NCBI GenBank assembly: GCA_046292385.1
Contig: JBKBRF010000018.1
Location: 1-64,000, forward strand
From: Armatimonadota bacterium
GTDB taxonomy: Bacteria > Armatimonadota > SYMT01
DNA length: 64,000 bases
Direction of reading: 5' to 3'
Shown here: positions 1-9,452 of the stretch, piece by piece
How the letters are laid out: every line of letters starts with the position of its first letter
Numbering within the stretch: the stretch's first letter is position 1
Program-made: the position numbers and the translations under genes
Notes under the pieces: generated by a model
What the model was told of the DNA's origin: nothing
What the model saw: the letters and a program-made list of their open reading frames with translations, nothing else
Database searches by the model: none

Positions 1-109
1 TCCTCATCGGCGGTGAGAGGGAAGAAGAGGTCTTCTCCAAACGTCCGTCCCCGAAGGGCGGCAAGTGCGGGTGACCTTCTTCTTCCTTCCCACCTGGAGC
101 TAACATACA

Positions 110-248
110 AGTGCGGGAGCTCGCTCCCGCTTTCGGCTGCCGGCTCCGCGCCAGCTACCCGTCTGCGGCGGATCGTCTCCGCGGGAAGAAAACCTTTCGA
201 GTAAACGCAATGCACCACAAAGCGGCAGCAAGCTGCCGCGCTCCAAAG
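110..248. repeat. REP/REPIN-like palindromic pair (AGTGCG..CGCTTT / AAAGCGGCAGCAAGCTGCCGC.CTCCAAAG)
   Basis: Two short hairpin units in inverted orientation; the 3' unit is nearly identical to the one ending at ~20000. Confidence 0.65.
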
Positions 249-396
249 TCAGTACCGGCGGATGGTCCCGTTCTACGATTGGGCAAGACCGGCCGGGTGT
301 CAGCCAGCACGCCTCATCGGGGCAGGATTGCCGGGGGAGCGGCCGAAACTGGACCAGGTGAGCGTGTGAACGTGGAAAGGAGACCGGGACGAAACG

Positions 397-1389
397 ATGC
401 GAGCGATGAGAGTAGGCTGCCTGCTGCTGCTGGCGCTCGGCGCCGCCCTGGCGCCCCGAGCGGCGCTGACCGCCGCCGGGCCGGAGATCGTGGACGTGCG
501 GAAGATCTGGGACCGCGCGCCGCACAACGCGTTTACCGACCTGATCCGCTTTCAGGACCGCTGGCTCTGCGTCTTCCGTGAAGGTCGCGGCCACGTCTCG
601 CCGGACGGTGCCCTGCGCGTGATCGAGTCGCCGGATGGCGTCCGCTGGCAGTCAGCCGCGCTCCTCACCTCCCCCACGTCCGACCTCCGCGACGCCAAGA
701 TCACCCTGACGCCGGAGGGCCGCCTGATGCTCTCCGGGGCGGAGGCGACCCACCCGCCGGCCACCGCCTCGCACCACTCGGTCGCGTGGTACTCCCGCGA
801 CGGGCGCGAGTGGGGCGAGCGGCGGCGCATCGGCGACCCGGACATGTGGCTCTGGCGTACCGAGTGGCATGACGGCGCCGCCTACAGCATCGGCTACAGC
901 ACCTACGCGGAGCCCGACCGCAACTTCGTGCGCCTCTACCGCAGCAAAGACGGCGGGCGGTTCGAGCCGCTGGTGGAGCGCCTCCACGGCGAGGGATATC
1001 CGAACGAACATTCCCTCGTCTTCGAGCCGAACGGCACGGCAAAATGCCTGCTGCGCCGCGACGGGACCCCCAACTCCGGCCTGCTCGGCGAGTCCCGCCC
1101 CCCGTATACGCAGTGGCGCTGGCGAAACCTCGGCACTCGGATCGGCGGACCCGAAATGATCCGCCTCCCCGACGGCCGTCTCCTCGCGGCGGTGCGCCTC
1201 TACGACGGCAAGGTCCGCACCTCGCTCTGCCGCGTCCACCCGAACCGGATCGAAGAGCTCCTCCCCCTCCCATCCGGAGGCGACACCTCCTACGCCGGCA
1301 TGGTCTGGCACGAGGGGCTGCTCTGGATCAGCTACTACTCCTCCCACGAGGGGAAAACCAGCATCTACCTCGCCCGCGTGCGCGTGTAA
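397..1389 (+). CDS. Secreted sialidase-like/BNR (Asp-box) beta-propeller protein
   Basis: Signal peptide; HNAFTDL start motif; Asp-box-like SPDGxxW, SRDGxxW, SKDGGxF; C-terminal GDTSY..SYYSSHEG; start could be 406. Confidence 0.8.
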   Translation: MRAMRVGCLLLLALGAALAPRAALTAAGPEIVDVRKIWDRAPHNAFTDLIRFQDRWLCVFREGRGHVSPDGALRVIESPDGVRWQSAALLTSPTSDLRDAKITLTPEGRLMLSGAEATHPPATASHHSVAWYSRDGREWGERRRIGDPDMWLWRTEWHDGAAYSIGYSTYAEPDRNFVRLYRSKDGGRFEPLVERLHGEGYPNEHSLVFEPNGTAKCLLRRDGTPNSGLLGESRPPYTQWRWRNLGTRIGGPEMIRLPDGRLLAAVRLYDGKVRTSLCRVHPNRIEELLPLPSGGDTSYAGMVWHEGLLWISYYSSHEGKTSIYLARVRV

Positions 1390-1416
1390 TCTCCGACACA
1401 TCGGCAAGCACAATCC

Positions 1417-1579
1417 GAAGGGCCGGGAGGCAGCCCGTGAGCTCTGCCGATGTGGGGATCACGGCTGCGGGGAGGGAAGAGCGGACCGTTACCAATTCCC
1501 GGAGCGGCCCGCTAACGAAGCGAAGCGGAGGGCCCGCGTCGCGGGAGGGCTGCCTCCCGGCACAAGGGCACGGGGTCGG
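1417..1579 (+). repeat. Structured intergenic repeat element, copy 1 of 4 (candidate ncRNA/MITE)
   Basis: 15-bp stem 1422-1436/1547-1561; shares CCCGTGAGC, GAGCGGCCCGCTAAC and ACAAGGGC.CGGGGTCGG motifs with copies at 35.4, 61.3 and 61.65 kb. Confidence 0.8.
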
Positions 1580-1627
1580 CCTCTCCTGGCGAGCGTCGCT
1601 ACCGAACGCCTCCGAAACCGTGGCCAC

Positions 1628-2113
1628 CTACAGCAAATACGAGTCGATCAACTCCCACCGCACCTCCCCACTCGACCCCAGCCGGTAGCGGAGCAGGGCC
1701 ACTCCGGCTACGTGGCCGTCCTCGAATGGGGCGACCACCCACTTCGGTCCCAGCACCCGGACTTCGTCCTCTAGGAAGAACATCCTGCCGCCGAGGACCG
1801 GCTTCGCCGGAATCAGCTCCGGGTGCTTCACCAGGTCGGCGATGATGCGGGGATACTCGCTCTCCGGCACCTCCTCGGCGATCTCCGGCTCGCGCTTCGC
1901 ACCGCCAGCGGCCGAACCCTCCGGCTCTCCACTCCCCGCCCGGGCCGCCTGCAACTCGGCGGCAAGCCGGGCGGCCTCCGCTCGCGCGACCCGCTCACCG
2001 AGAACGGCGGACGCGGCCCGGCCCTGCAGGAGATACAGCCCAAACGTGCCGCCCACCACCAGGAGCGCTACCAGCAGTCCAAGAACCCCAAACCTCGCTC
2101 GACCCGACATCAC
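1628..2113 (-). CDS. Hypothetical protein with N-terminal membrane anchor
   Basis: N-terminal hydrophobic helix, coiled segment, compact beta-rich C-terminus (FEDGH). Confidence 0.7.
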   Translation of the reverse strand: MMSGRARFGVLGLLVALLVVGGTFGLYLLQGRAASAVLGERVARAEAARLAAELQAARAGSGEPEGSAAGGAKREPEIAEEVPESEYPRIIADLVKHPELIPAKPVLGGRMFFLEDEVRVLGPKWVVAPFEDGHVAGVALLRYRLGSSGEVRWELIDSYLL

Positions 2114-2187
2114 CCGCCACCTTTCCGTGGGACCACACGCCCGCGGCGACCACCCCGAATGCGGATCGTCTCACGGGCAACCCAGGA

Positions 2188-2727
2188 TCACACCGGCTTC
2201 AGCCTCTCGTGCGGCTCCTCCGGCAGCTCCACCCGAATGGCATCGCCGGGGCGCACCTCGCCGCCGGTCAGCACCACCGCCATGATGCCCGCCTTTCGGA
2301 TCAACGTGCCATCCTCGGCGTGGTCGAGCACCGCCGCCATCAGGCCCGGCCGTAGACCGTCGAGCTGCGAGCAGGGATTCCGCAGTCCGGTCACCTCCAG
2401 CACCGCCGCGTTTCCCACGTGGAGACGGGTGCCGCGCGGCAGCGCGAGGAGGTCGACTCCTCGCGTGGTGACGTTCTCCCCCATCTGCCCGGGCGAAAGG
2501 TCAAAGCCGCGCCCGCGCAGCTCGTCGTGCAGCTCCGCGTGGATCAGGTGGACCTGCCGCAGGTTCCGCGGCAGCGGCCTGCGGGTCCACCGGGAGCGGT
2601 GCTGCACCGTCTCTCCGTAGTGCGCGTCGCCCTCCACCCCGCGCCCGGCGACCAGCCGGATCATCTCCCGACTGAGCTTACCGACCCCATGCTTGGGACT
2701 GGAGCTGACCGCGATCACTTCTCCCAT
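2188..2727 (-). CDS. MOSC domain protein
   Basis: GVEGDAH, RQVHL, GENVTT, RNPCxQL, GDAIRV motifs typical of MOSC. Confidence 0.9.
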   Translation of the reverse strand: MGEVIAVSSSPKHGVGKLSREMIRLVAGRGVEGDAHYGETVQHRSRWTRRPLPRNLRQVHLIHAELHDELRGRGFDLSPGQMGENVTTRGVDLLALPRGTRLHVGNAAVLEVTGLRNPCSQLDGLRPGLMAAVLDHAEDGTLIRKAGIMAVVLTGGEVRPGDAIRVELPEEPHERLKPV

Positions 2728-2772
2728 CTCAGCTCTCCCAGGCCGCAGCGTCTCCGCCTCCGCGCACGCGGA

Positions 2773-3384
2773 TCAGAAATGGAAGTGGTACTGACGCACC
2801 TTCACGCGCCAGTCGCCGTCCACCCGCTCCAGGTAGAGGAGCGCGTCGGCACCGTGGAAGTTGCTGCTCCAGGTGAAGGGCAGCCACACCATCGCGCTCT
2901 TGCCGTCTTGCGCATAGCCGGGCGGCAGCGCCGCGAAGTGCTGATGCCAGTCGCCGCGCTCTTCGCGAGTAACTCGGATCACCCGCGGATTCGCCGGACG
3001 GAACTCGGTTGGACTCTCCCCCGCGGCGGCCCGCTCCGCGAGGTGTCGCTCCGCCTCTTTGAGCGCCGCCTTCTGCTCCGGCGTCAGGGGGTCCACCCGC
3101 TTTTGGTCCGTAAACTTCGGCATCAGCCCCACGCCCCGGGGCTCAGGGGGCGGAACGTAGAGGGCGATCACCGGCTTCCTCTCTCTCGTGACTTCCAGGT
3201 GGGCCTCGGAGTCGTCGAGAATGTACGCCAGCGCGGCGTTCAGCACCGCGGCATCCCGCGCCTGCTTTTGCCTGACCGACAGCTCGTCCGGCTTCGACGG
3301 AGACCGGACCGAGGCGCTCGTCCGGCAGCCGATGCTCCCGGCGAGAATCAGGATCAGGATGGTGAGGGCTCGGCTCCGGGGCAT
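2773..3384 (-). CDS. Hypothetical lipoprotein
   Basis: Hydrophobic leader ending in lipobox-like SIGC; RBS GGAGG upstream. Confidence 0.7.
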   Translation of the reverse strand: MPRSRALTILILILAGSIGCRTSASVRSPSKPDELSVRQKQARDAAVLNAALAYILDDSEAHLEVTRERKPVIALYVPPPEPRGVGLMPKFTDQKRVDPLTPEQKAALKEAERHLAERAAAGESPTEFRPANPRVIRVTREERGDWHQHFAALPPGYAQDGKSAMVWLPFTWSSNFHGADALLYLERVDGDWRVKVRQYHFHF

Positions 3385-3423
3385 CGTGCGAACCTCCGTG
3401 TAATGCTGGTCTCCCCGTGGGGG

Positions 3424-5724
3424 TCAGAATGCGAGCGCGTTGGTGTTGCCGTTCACCTGGAAGGCGGCCCAGAAGTACGGCGCCGGCTTCGTCTGCTTCA
3501 CCGCGAGCATCGCCTCTCGAAGGGCCTCGTCCTTGCGCTTTCCTTCTTTCAGCGCGCCGTAGAACGCCGCCATCAGCCTTCCGGTGGCTGCGTCGTCCAC
3601 ACTCCACAGGCTGGCGACGACGCTCGGACACCCGGCCGCGCGGAACGCCCAGGTGAGTCCCAGGAGGCCCTCTCCGCCGCTCTTCTGACCCTGGCCCGTG
3701 TCGCAGGCGGAGAGCACCGCCAGGCGCGCCGCGAGCTGCATGTTGACCAGCTCGGCGGCCTCCAGGAACACCTCGTCCTCTCCCTTCTCCGGGGCGAGCA
3801 GCAGCCCGGAGCAGAGTCCATCCTCCTCGTCGAGCAGGCCGTGCGTGGCGAAGTGGAGGATCGCGGACCGGCTGAGCTCCGCCATCACCTGCCGCCTGGT
3901 GGCGGCGGCACCCACCAGCACCCGGGCACCTGGGACCAGGGCGGCCACCGCCCGGGCTTCTTCCCGGGCGGCGGGCAGCGGCGTGGAGCCCGGCACCTCC
4001 GGATCGGCGGCGATCAGGAGCGGGGTGGAGGCGTTCGGCCGCTCGTCTGGCCAGAGCAGCACGGAAAGCGACACGGAGACCGCCACCGGAAACCGCTCGA
4101 CCAGCCGCTTTCCCTCTCCGTCGAGGATGGCGCCGTAGGGCACTTCCAGCAGCGGACCATCCCCGATCAGGACGAGCCGGCTGTGCCGTCCGGGCGCCAG
4201 CAGACCTGCCTTTTCCACGGCAGAGAACAGCGACGTGTAGAGCGCCTTTGCCGCGGCCGCTTCCGGTCCGGCCTGCTCTTTCTCGATCGCGCTCCGCCAG
4301 GAGGCGGCCTGCCTGTGGATCGCCTCCTCACCCACGCCGAGCACGAAGCTCTGGATTCCGTCCTTCTGGCTGACCGCGAAGAGGAGGGAAGTCTTCTCCG
4401 CACCGACCGCCCACTGCAGGTAGAGGGTGTCCGGGTTCTTCTCCGCCAGCTCTTCGAAATCGGCCGGCTGGGGCGGTGTGGCCCCGCTCATGCGGCGGTA
4501 GGCCGGGTACCGGTTCGCCAGATCGGCCCGCAGCGCGGTTAGCTGCCGGTCGGCTTCTTCGTAGCGGCGCCGGATCGCCAGCACCTGCTGCTTCAATCCG
4601 GTGGCAGGACCCTCATCCGCCAGCGCCTCCAGCCCGTCCACCTGCCGGAGCGCCTCACTCGCCGCGTTGAACGCCGCCAGGGCGGTCTGGAGCCGCCGCG
4701 CATCGATACCGCCCAGCACCCGCGCGTAGTCGGCCCGGTTCTGCGCCGCCTGCCGCGCGAGACCCTGCGCGCGGCCCCGCTCCAGGATCGCGAGCGCCTC
4801 CCCCGGCTTGCTCTGATTGACCAGCACGTGCGCATACCGGCGGTAGAGGGAGGCGCGGAACCAATCCTGGTAATCTCCGACTTTGCTGGCATCGCGGACT
4901 TCGCGACTGATCGCCTCGTGGTGCAGGATCGCCTCCGCGAACGCCGCGGCGGCGGGCTCCAGCTTGTTCTGATCGAAGTAGATCAGCGCCAGGTTAGTGA
5001 GCCGCCCCGCCAGGGTGTCCCGCGAGGCAAACTGGCGCTCCAATTCCAGCGCCTGGGTGAGGTAGCGGGTGGCGAGGTCGTAATCGCCCTTGGCCTTCCC
5101 CGTAACCCCCAGGTTCCCCAGCACGCGGGAAATCTCCCGGAGATCCCCGGTGGCTCGGATCACCTCCAGGGCCCGGAGCTGCACTTCCAGGGCTCGATCG
5201 AACTGCCGCTGCCGGGAGAAGACCTGGCCCAGGCCATCCATCGCCGCCGCGTAGCCGCGCCGGTCCCCGCGAGCCTCCTCGATCTTCGCCGACTCGCTGA
5301 AGTACTGGAGCGCGGACCCGAGCTGACCCGTCTTGGCCGCCAGGGTGCCGAGACTACTCAGGATGTTACTCAGGGCCGGCAGGTCGGATTCGTCAGTCAG
5401 CGACAGCGCGCGCTCGTAATAGTCGAGCGACTTCTTATCCTGGCCGAGAGTCCGGGAGACCAGACCGAGGTTCATCAGCGCCGTCCGCACGCCGCGCGCG
5501 TCCTGCAGGCGCTGGAACAGCTCCAGCGAGTCCTGGAAATACCGGGCCGCCTGGTCGTAACGTCCGGCCTGGAACGCCTTGGCGCCGAGATCGTTCAGGG
5601 AAGCGGCTGCGGCACGCGGATCCTGCTGTGCGCGCACGGACCCACCTGCCAGGAGCGAGAGGAGCACGAGAACGAAGAGCAGACCTCGAGGTGCCCGGGC
5701 GAGCAGTGTCATGACGATCCTCAC
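3424..5724 (-). CDS. Secreted TPR-repeat + CHAT (caspase-like) domain protein
   Basis: Signal peptide; several TPR repeats; CHAT motifs HFATHG, LSACDTG, SLWSVDD, PYFWAAF. Confidence 0.9.
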   Translation of the reverse strand: MRIVMTLLARAPRGLLFVLVLLSLLAGGSVRAQQDPRAAAASLNDLGAKAFQAGRYDQAARYFQDSLELFQRLQDARGVRTALMNLGLVSRTLGQDKKSLDYYERALSLTDESDLPALSNILSSLGTLAAKTGQLGSALQYFSESAKIEEARGDRRGYAAAMDGLGQVFSRQRQFDRALEVQLRALEVIRATGDLREISRVLGNLGVTGKAKGDYDLATRYLTQALELERQFASRDTLAGRLTNLALIYFDQNKLEPAAAAFAEAILHHEAISREVRDASKVGDYQDWFRASLYRRYAHVLVNQSKPGEALAILERGRAQGLARQAAQNRADYARVLGGIDARRLQTALAAFNAASEALRQVDGLEALADEGPATGLKQQVLAIRRRYEEADRQLTALRADLANRYPAYRRMSGATPPQPADFEELAEKNPDTLYLQWAVGAEKTSLLFAVSQKDGIQSFVLGVGEEAIHRQAASWRSAIEKEQAGPEAAAAKALYTSLFSAVEKAGLLAPGRHSRLVLIGDGPLLEVPYGAILDGEGKRLVERFPVAVSVSLSVLLWPDERPNASTPLLIAADPEVPGSTPLPAAREEARAVAALVPGARVLVGAAATRRQVMAELSRSAILHFATHGLLDEEDGLCSGLLLAPEKGEDEVFLEAAELVNMQLAARLAVLSACDTGQGQKSGGEGLLGLTWAFRAAGCPSVVASLWSVDDAATGRLMAAFYGALKEGKRKDEALREAMLAVKQTKPAPYFWAAFQVNGNTNALAF

Positions 5725-5887
5725 GGAGAGCGGCGACCAGCCAGGCCGGAGTAAGACCGCTAACAGGTTCTGCTATCCGTCGGAGAGTCCTGCGCTGCGG
5801 TAGAGTCGCCAGCGGGGTGCGACCAGCAGAGGACGGCACGCCCGGGTGTTGAACGGGACCTCAGCCCCTGTCGCCCCGAGGTCCCGC

Positions 5888-7213
5888 ATGCACGCCCTCA
5901 AGTTGCTCCTCACCCTCCTCGCCCTGGCGTTCCTCACGCTCGTGGGCGGCGCTCCCCTACCCGCCGGCGCGGGCGGCGCCCGGCGCCCGCCGAACATCCT
6001 GTTGATCGTCTCCGACGACCAGGCGTGGACCGACTACTCCTTCATGGGGCACCCGCAGGTCCGGACGCCCCACCTGGACCGCCTCGCTTCGCAGAGCCTG
6101 CAGTTCACGCGCGGGTACACGCCCTCCAGCCTCTGCTGCCCCAGCCTCGCCAGCATCATCACCGGGCAGTACCCGCACCAGCACGGCGTTACCAGCAACG
6201 ATCCGCCGATCCCGCCCGGCATGGCCGCCGCGGAGTTTCCGCGGAGCCGGGCGTTCCGGGAAGGCCGGGAGGCGATGAGCCGGCTGATCGACCGCGCGCC
6301 GACCCTGCCGCGGCTCCTCGGGGAGAACGGCTACCAGAGCCTCCAGACCGGCAAGTGGTGGCAGGGCGACTTCCGCCGCGGCGGCTTCACGCACGGCATG
6401 ACGCGAGGACAGCGGCACGGCGATGACGGCCTCGCAATCGGGCGGGAGACGCTGCAGCCTGTCTACGACTTCATCGAGGACGCGCGCCGCCGGGAGAAGC
6501 CGTTCTTCGTCTGGTACGCCCCGATGCTCCCGCACACGCCGCACAACCCGCCGGAGCGGCTGCTGGCGAAGTACCGGGACCAAGCGCCCACCGCGGCGAT
6601 CGCGAAATACTGGGCCATGTGCGAGTGGTTCGACGAGACCTGCGGCGCGCTGCTGGAGCACCTGGACCGGCAGGGGCTGGCCGAGGAGACGATCGTCGCC
6701 TACGTGACCGACAACGGCTGGATCCAGGACCCGGATGCGGAGCGGTTTGCGCCGCGGTCGAAGCAGTCGCCGTACGACGGCGGCCTCCGCACCCCGACCC
6801 TGCTCCGCTGGCCCGGCCGGGTCGAGCCGCGCCGTTCCGAGCGGCCGGTGCTCTCGATCGACCTCGCCCCCACCCTGCTCCAGGCCGCGGGGGTGAAGCC
6901 GCCGCGCGAGATGAGCGGGATCGACCTGCTCGACCGGAAGAAGGTCGAGACCCGGAAAACGCTCTTCGGCGAGTGCTTCACGCACAACGCGGTCGACCTG
7001 CAAAACCCCGCCAGCAGCCTCCGCTGGCGGTGGGCGCTCCGGGACGGCTGGAAGCTGATCCTTCCGGCCCCGCAGAACGAGCCGGACGGCAGGCCGGAGC
7101 TCTACCGCGTCGACCGCGACCCCCACGAGAAGCACAACCTGGCCGAACGGGAGCCGGAGCGCGTGCGGGCGCTAACGCGCGCCCTCGACCACTGGTGGCC
7201 GGGGGCGCCGTAG
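5888..7213 (+). CDS. Sulfatase family protein (variant CxPxL motif)
   Basis: PNILLIVSDD, RTPHLDRLA, LCCPSLASIITG, GKWW, TDNG, DPHEKHNLA; signal peptide. Confidence 0.9.
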   Translation: MHALKLLLTLLALAFLTLVGGAPLPAGAGGARRPPNILLIVSDDQAWTDYSFMGHPQVRTPHLDRLASQSLQFTRGYTPSSLCCPSLASIITGQYPHQHGVTSNDPPIPPGMAAAEFPRSRAFREGREAMSRLIDRAPTLPRLLGENGYQSLQTGKWWQGDFRRGGFTHGMTRGQRHGDDGLAIGRETLQPVYDFIEDARRREKPFFVWYAPMLPHTPHNPPERLLAKYRDQAPTAAIAKYWAMCEWFDETCGALLEHLDRQGLAEETIVAYVTDNGWIQDPDAERFAPRSKQSPYDGGLRTPTLLRWPGRVEPRRSERPVLSIDLAPTLLQAAGVKPPREMSGIDLLDRKKVETRKTLFGECFTHNAVDLQNPASSLRWRWALRDGWKLILPAPQNEPDGRPELYRVDRDPHEKHNLAEREPERVRALTRALDHWWPGAP

Positions 7214-7228
7214 TCCAGACTGGTAGGG

Positions 7229-7328
7229 ATTCTCCGCCGCCCCTCCGGGGCGGAGGGTCTTCGGGCGGGAATCCGGGGGCTGCGCTGCGCATTGCCCCCG
7301 GCTAATCTCCTTCGCCCCTCCGGGGCTA
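7229..7328 (-). repeat. REP-like element (GCCCCGGAGGGGC..TAGCCGGGGG..CCCCCGG..GCCCCGGAGGGGC)
   Basis: Three hairpins; same architecture as 46194-46281 beside the IS200-like TnpA remnant. Confidence 0.65.
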
Positions 7329-7456
7329 ACGGGTTGCGGGAAGTCGCTGACACGTTTTTCAGTGGAGTTCTCAGCCGCGCAAGCGGGCTTCGCTCCGTGT
7401 AGCCTCGACTTTAGTCCGAGGCGAAAGCGGCCAGTCACTCCAGCGTACCCCCTAGC

Positions 7457-8386
7457 TTACGGTTTCGGATAGTCGCGCCACAGCCAGCGCATGATCTCCG
7501 GCAGGAGGGAGCCGCCGTGGTCGTCCGAGTGGCCGCCTTCGCCGAAGACGGACTCCAGGTCGTAGCCCTTCTCCTTGAGCGCAGCGACCATCGCCTGGTT
7601 CTGCAGGTACCAGTCGCGGTCCGGGCGGTTCGGGCTGCGGTTGTCGTGGATGCCGTCCTGCAGGTAGATCCGGATCGGCTTCTTTTCGGACTGGCGCACC
7701 AGCTCCGGGTAGACGTGACCGCCCCGCAGGTTGGTGAAGCTGCCGATCAGGGAGATCACCTTACGGAACTCGTTCGGCCGCTCCCACGCCACGGTGAAGG
7801 CGCAGATGGCGCCGCTGCTGGCGCCGCCGATGGCGCGGCCCTCCGGGTCTTTCGTGAGGTTGTAGCGCTTCCCGACCTCCGGCAGCATCTCCTCCACCAG
7901 GAAGCGCGCGTAGGCGTCGCCGAGGGAGTCGTACTCCACGCTCCGGTTGTTCGGGTTGCGCAGGCCCAGCTCTTCCGGATACTCCTCCCCGCGGTGGCCC
8001 GGCGTAATGAAGATCCCGATCGTGACCGGCATCTCCTTCCGATGGATCAGGTTGTCCAGTACGTTCTGCACCCGGAGCACGCCGTTCGGGTTGGTCGCCC
8101 GCTGTCCGTCCTGGAACACCAGCACGCAGGCCGGCTTCTCCGGGCGGTACTGCGCGGGGACGTAAGTCCAGTACCGTCGCACGGTACCGGCCAGCACCTG
8201 GCTCTTGAACGGAAGCGGCCCCTCCAGCGTACCCTTCGGCACCCCCTCCTGCGGGAAAGAGTCCGGTCCCAACTCGTACCGCTTCGGCTGCGGCGGGGCA
8301 TCCTGCGCGGCTGCCGCGGCGGGCAGACAGGCGGAGGCGGCGCCCCCGAGCAGGAGCGCGGCGGCGGAGCGGCGGGTGATCTTCAT
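7457..8386 (-). CDS. Enterochelin esterase-like alpha/beta hydrolase with Tat-like leader
   Basis: Leader MKITRRSAAALL; VFQDG, nucleophile GASSG, GEGGH; the ORF-track extension to 9055 overlaps the MBL gene. Confidence 0.85.
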   Translation of the reverse strand: MKITRRSAAALLLGGAASACLPAAAAAQDAPPQPKRYELGPDSFPQEGVPKGTLEGPLPFKSQVLAGTVRRYWTYVPAQYRPEKPACVLVFQDGQRATNPNGVLRVQNVLDNLIHRKEMPVTIGIFITPGHRGEEYPEELGLRNPNNRSVEYDSLGDAYARFLVEEMLPEVGKRYNLTKDPEGRAIGGASSGAICAFTVAWERPNEFRKVISLIGSFTNLRGGHVYPELVRQSEKKPIRIYLQDGIHDNRSPNRPDRDWYLQNQAMVAALKEKGYDLESVFGEGGHSDDHGGSLLPEIMRWLWRDYPKP

Positions 8387-8469
8387 CGTCGTGGACCTTT
8401 CCAGCACCGGTGCAGGGTCTGTCACCCCTCCTGGGAGGAGGTTCCACGACCTCAACGAATCCTCCTCGC

Positions 8470-9354
8470 CTACGAGGCCTTGCGATAAGCGCTTCCGTCT
8501 TCGGCCCTGGTCGGCTGCTCCGCGTAGCGGCCGTGCTCCGGAACGGCGACCTGCCGGAAGTCCCGCGCCAGCGCCGTCAGGGCGGCCCGCAGCGCCTCGC
8601 CCTGCATCGCGCGGCCGTGGCCGGTGACCGCCACCTCCGGCGACAGCGCGGCGAGCGCTCGCACCGACTCCTCCGCCTGCTCCCAGTTCTGGGTGTAGTA
8701 CATCGGCGGACCGTGCATCTCCGGCTCCTGCGTGAGGGCGGCGTACGCCGACTCCTGCCGGGTGGTGATGAAGGCGTCGCCGGCGATCAGCAGCCGCCGC
8801 TCCGGGTGCCAGAAGGAGACGTGACCGGGCGTGTGACCGGGTGTGTGCAGCCACTGCCAGCCCGGCATTAGCGGCAGCGAGCCATCCTCCGGCAGCGAGA
8901 GGAGCCGCTCGCCGACGTTCACCGGTCCTCGCGGGTAGAGCGGCGAGAGCGCCGCCATCATGCCGCCGCCCACGCTGGGATCCGGCGGCGGATACGAGGC
9001 GCTGCCGTTCAGGTACGGGTGCTCCAGGTCGTGCGCGTAGACGGGGACATTCCACTCCTCCGCCAGCTCTTCCAGCGCGCCCACATGGTCGAAGTGCCCG
9101 TGCGTCATCACGATCGCCGCCGGGCGGGTATCGCCGAAGCGCGCCTTCACCGCGGAGCGGAGCATGGCGGTCGTGCCCATCACCCCGGCGTCGATCAGCA
9201 CCCAGGAGCCGTCGCCCGCGTGCGGCAGGCCCCAGTAGACCACGTTCACGATCGCCAGGCGCTGGTAGGCGAGGTCGGGCGCCAGCTCGTGCACGCCGTC
9301 CGTCTCGTGCTCGGCGGCGCGGGCAGAAGCGTGGAGCGGAATCTGGTGACTCAT
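8470..9354 (-). CDS. MBL-fold metallo-hydrolase
   Basis: LIDAG, THGHFDHVG, TPGHTPGH, GDA, GHG motifs. Confidence 0.9.
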   Translation of the reverse strand: MSHQIPLHASARAAEHETDGVHELAPDLAYQRLAIVNVVYWGLPHAGDGSWVLIDAGVMGTTAMLRSAVKARFGDTRPAAIVMTHGHFDHVGALEELAEEWNVPVYAHDLEHPYLNGSASYPPPDPSVGGGMMAALSPLYPRGPVNVGERLLSLPEDGSLPLMPGWQWLHTPGHTPGHVSFWHPERRLLIAGDAFITTRQESAYAALTQEPEMHGPPMYYTQNWEQAEESVRALAALSPEVAVTGHGRAMQGEALRAALTALARDFRQVAVPEHGRYAEQPTRAEDGSAYRKAS

Positions 9355-9452
9355 CGCGGACCTCAGAAAGCTATTCTGAGGTCCGCTCTACCCGGTCCCA
9401 TCCGCCGCGCAAACGTCGAGTGACTGTTTCGAAGGGCGCTCCGGATCCGGGG

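Noticed and set aside
1417..1579. HDV-like ribozyme or group II intron identity for the structured repeat
   Set aside because: GCTAA and CCTCC motifs are in the wrong order for the HDV fold, and no group II domain V signature was found
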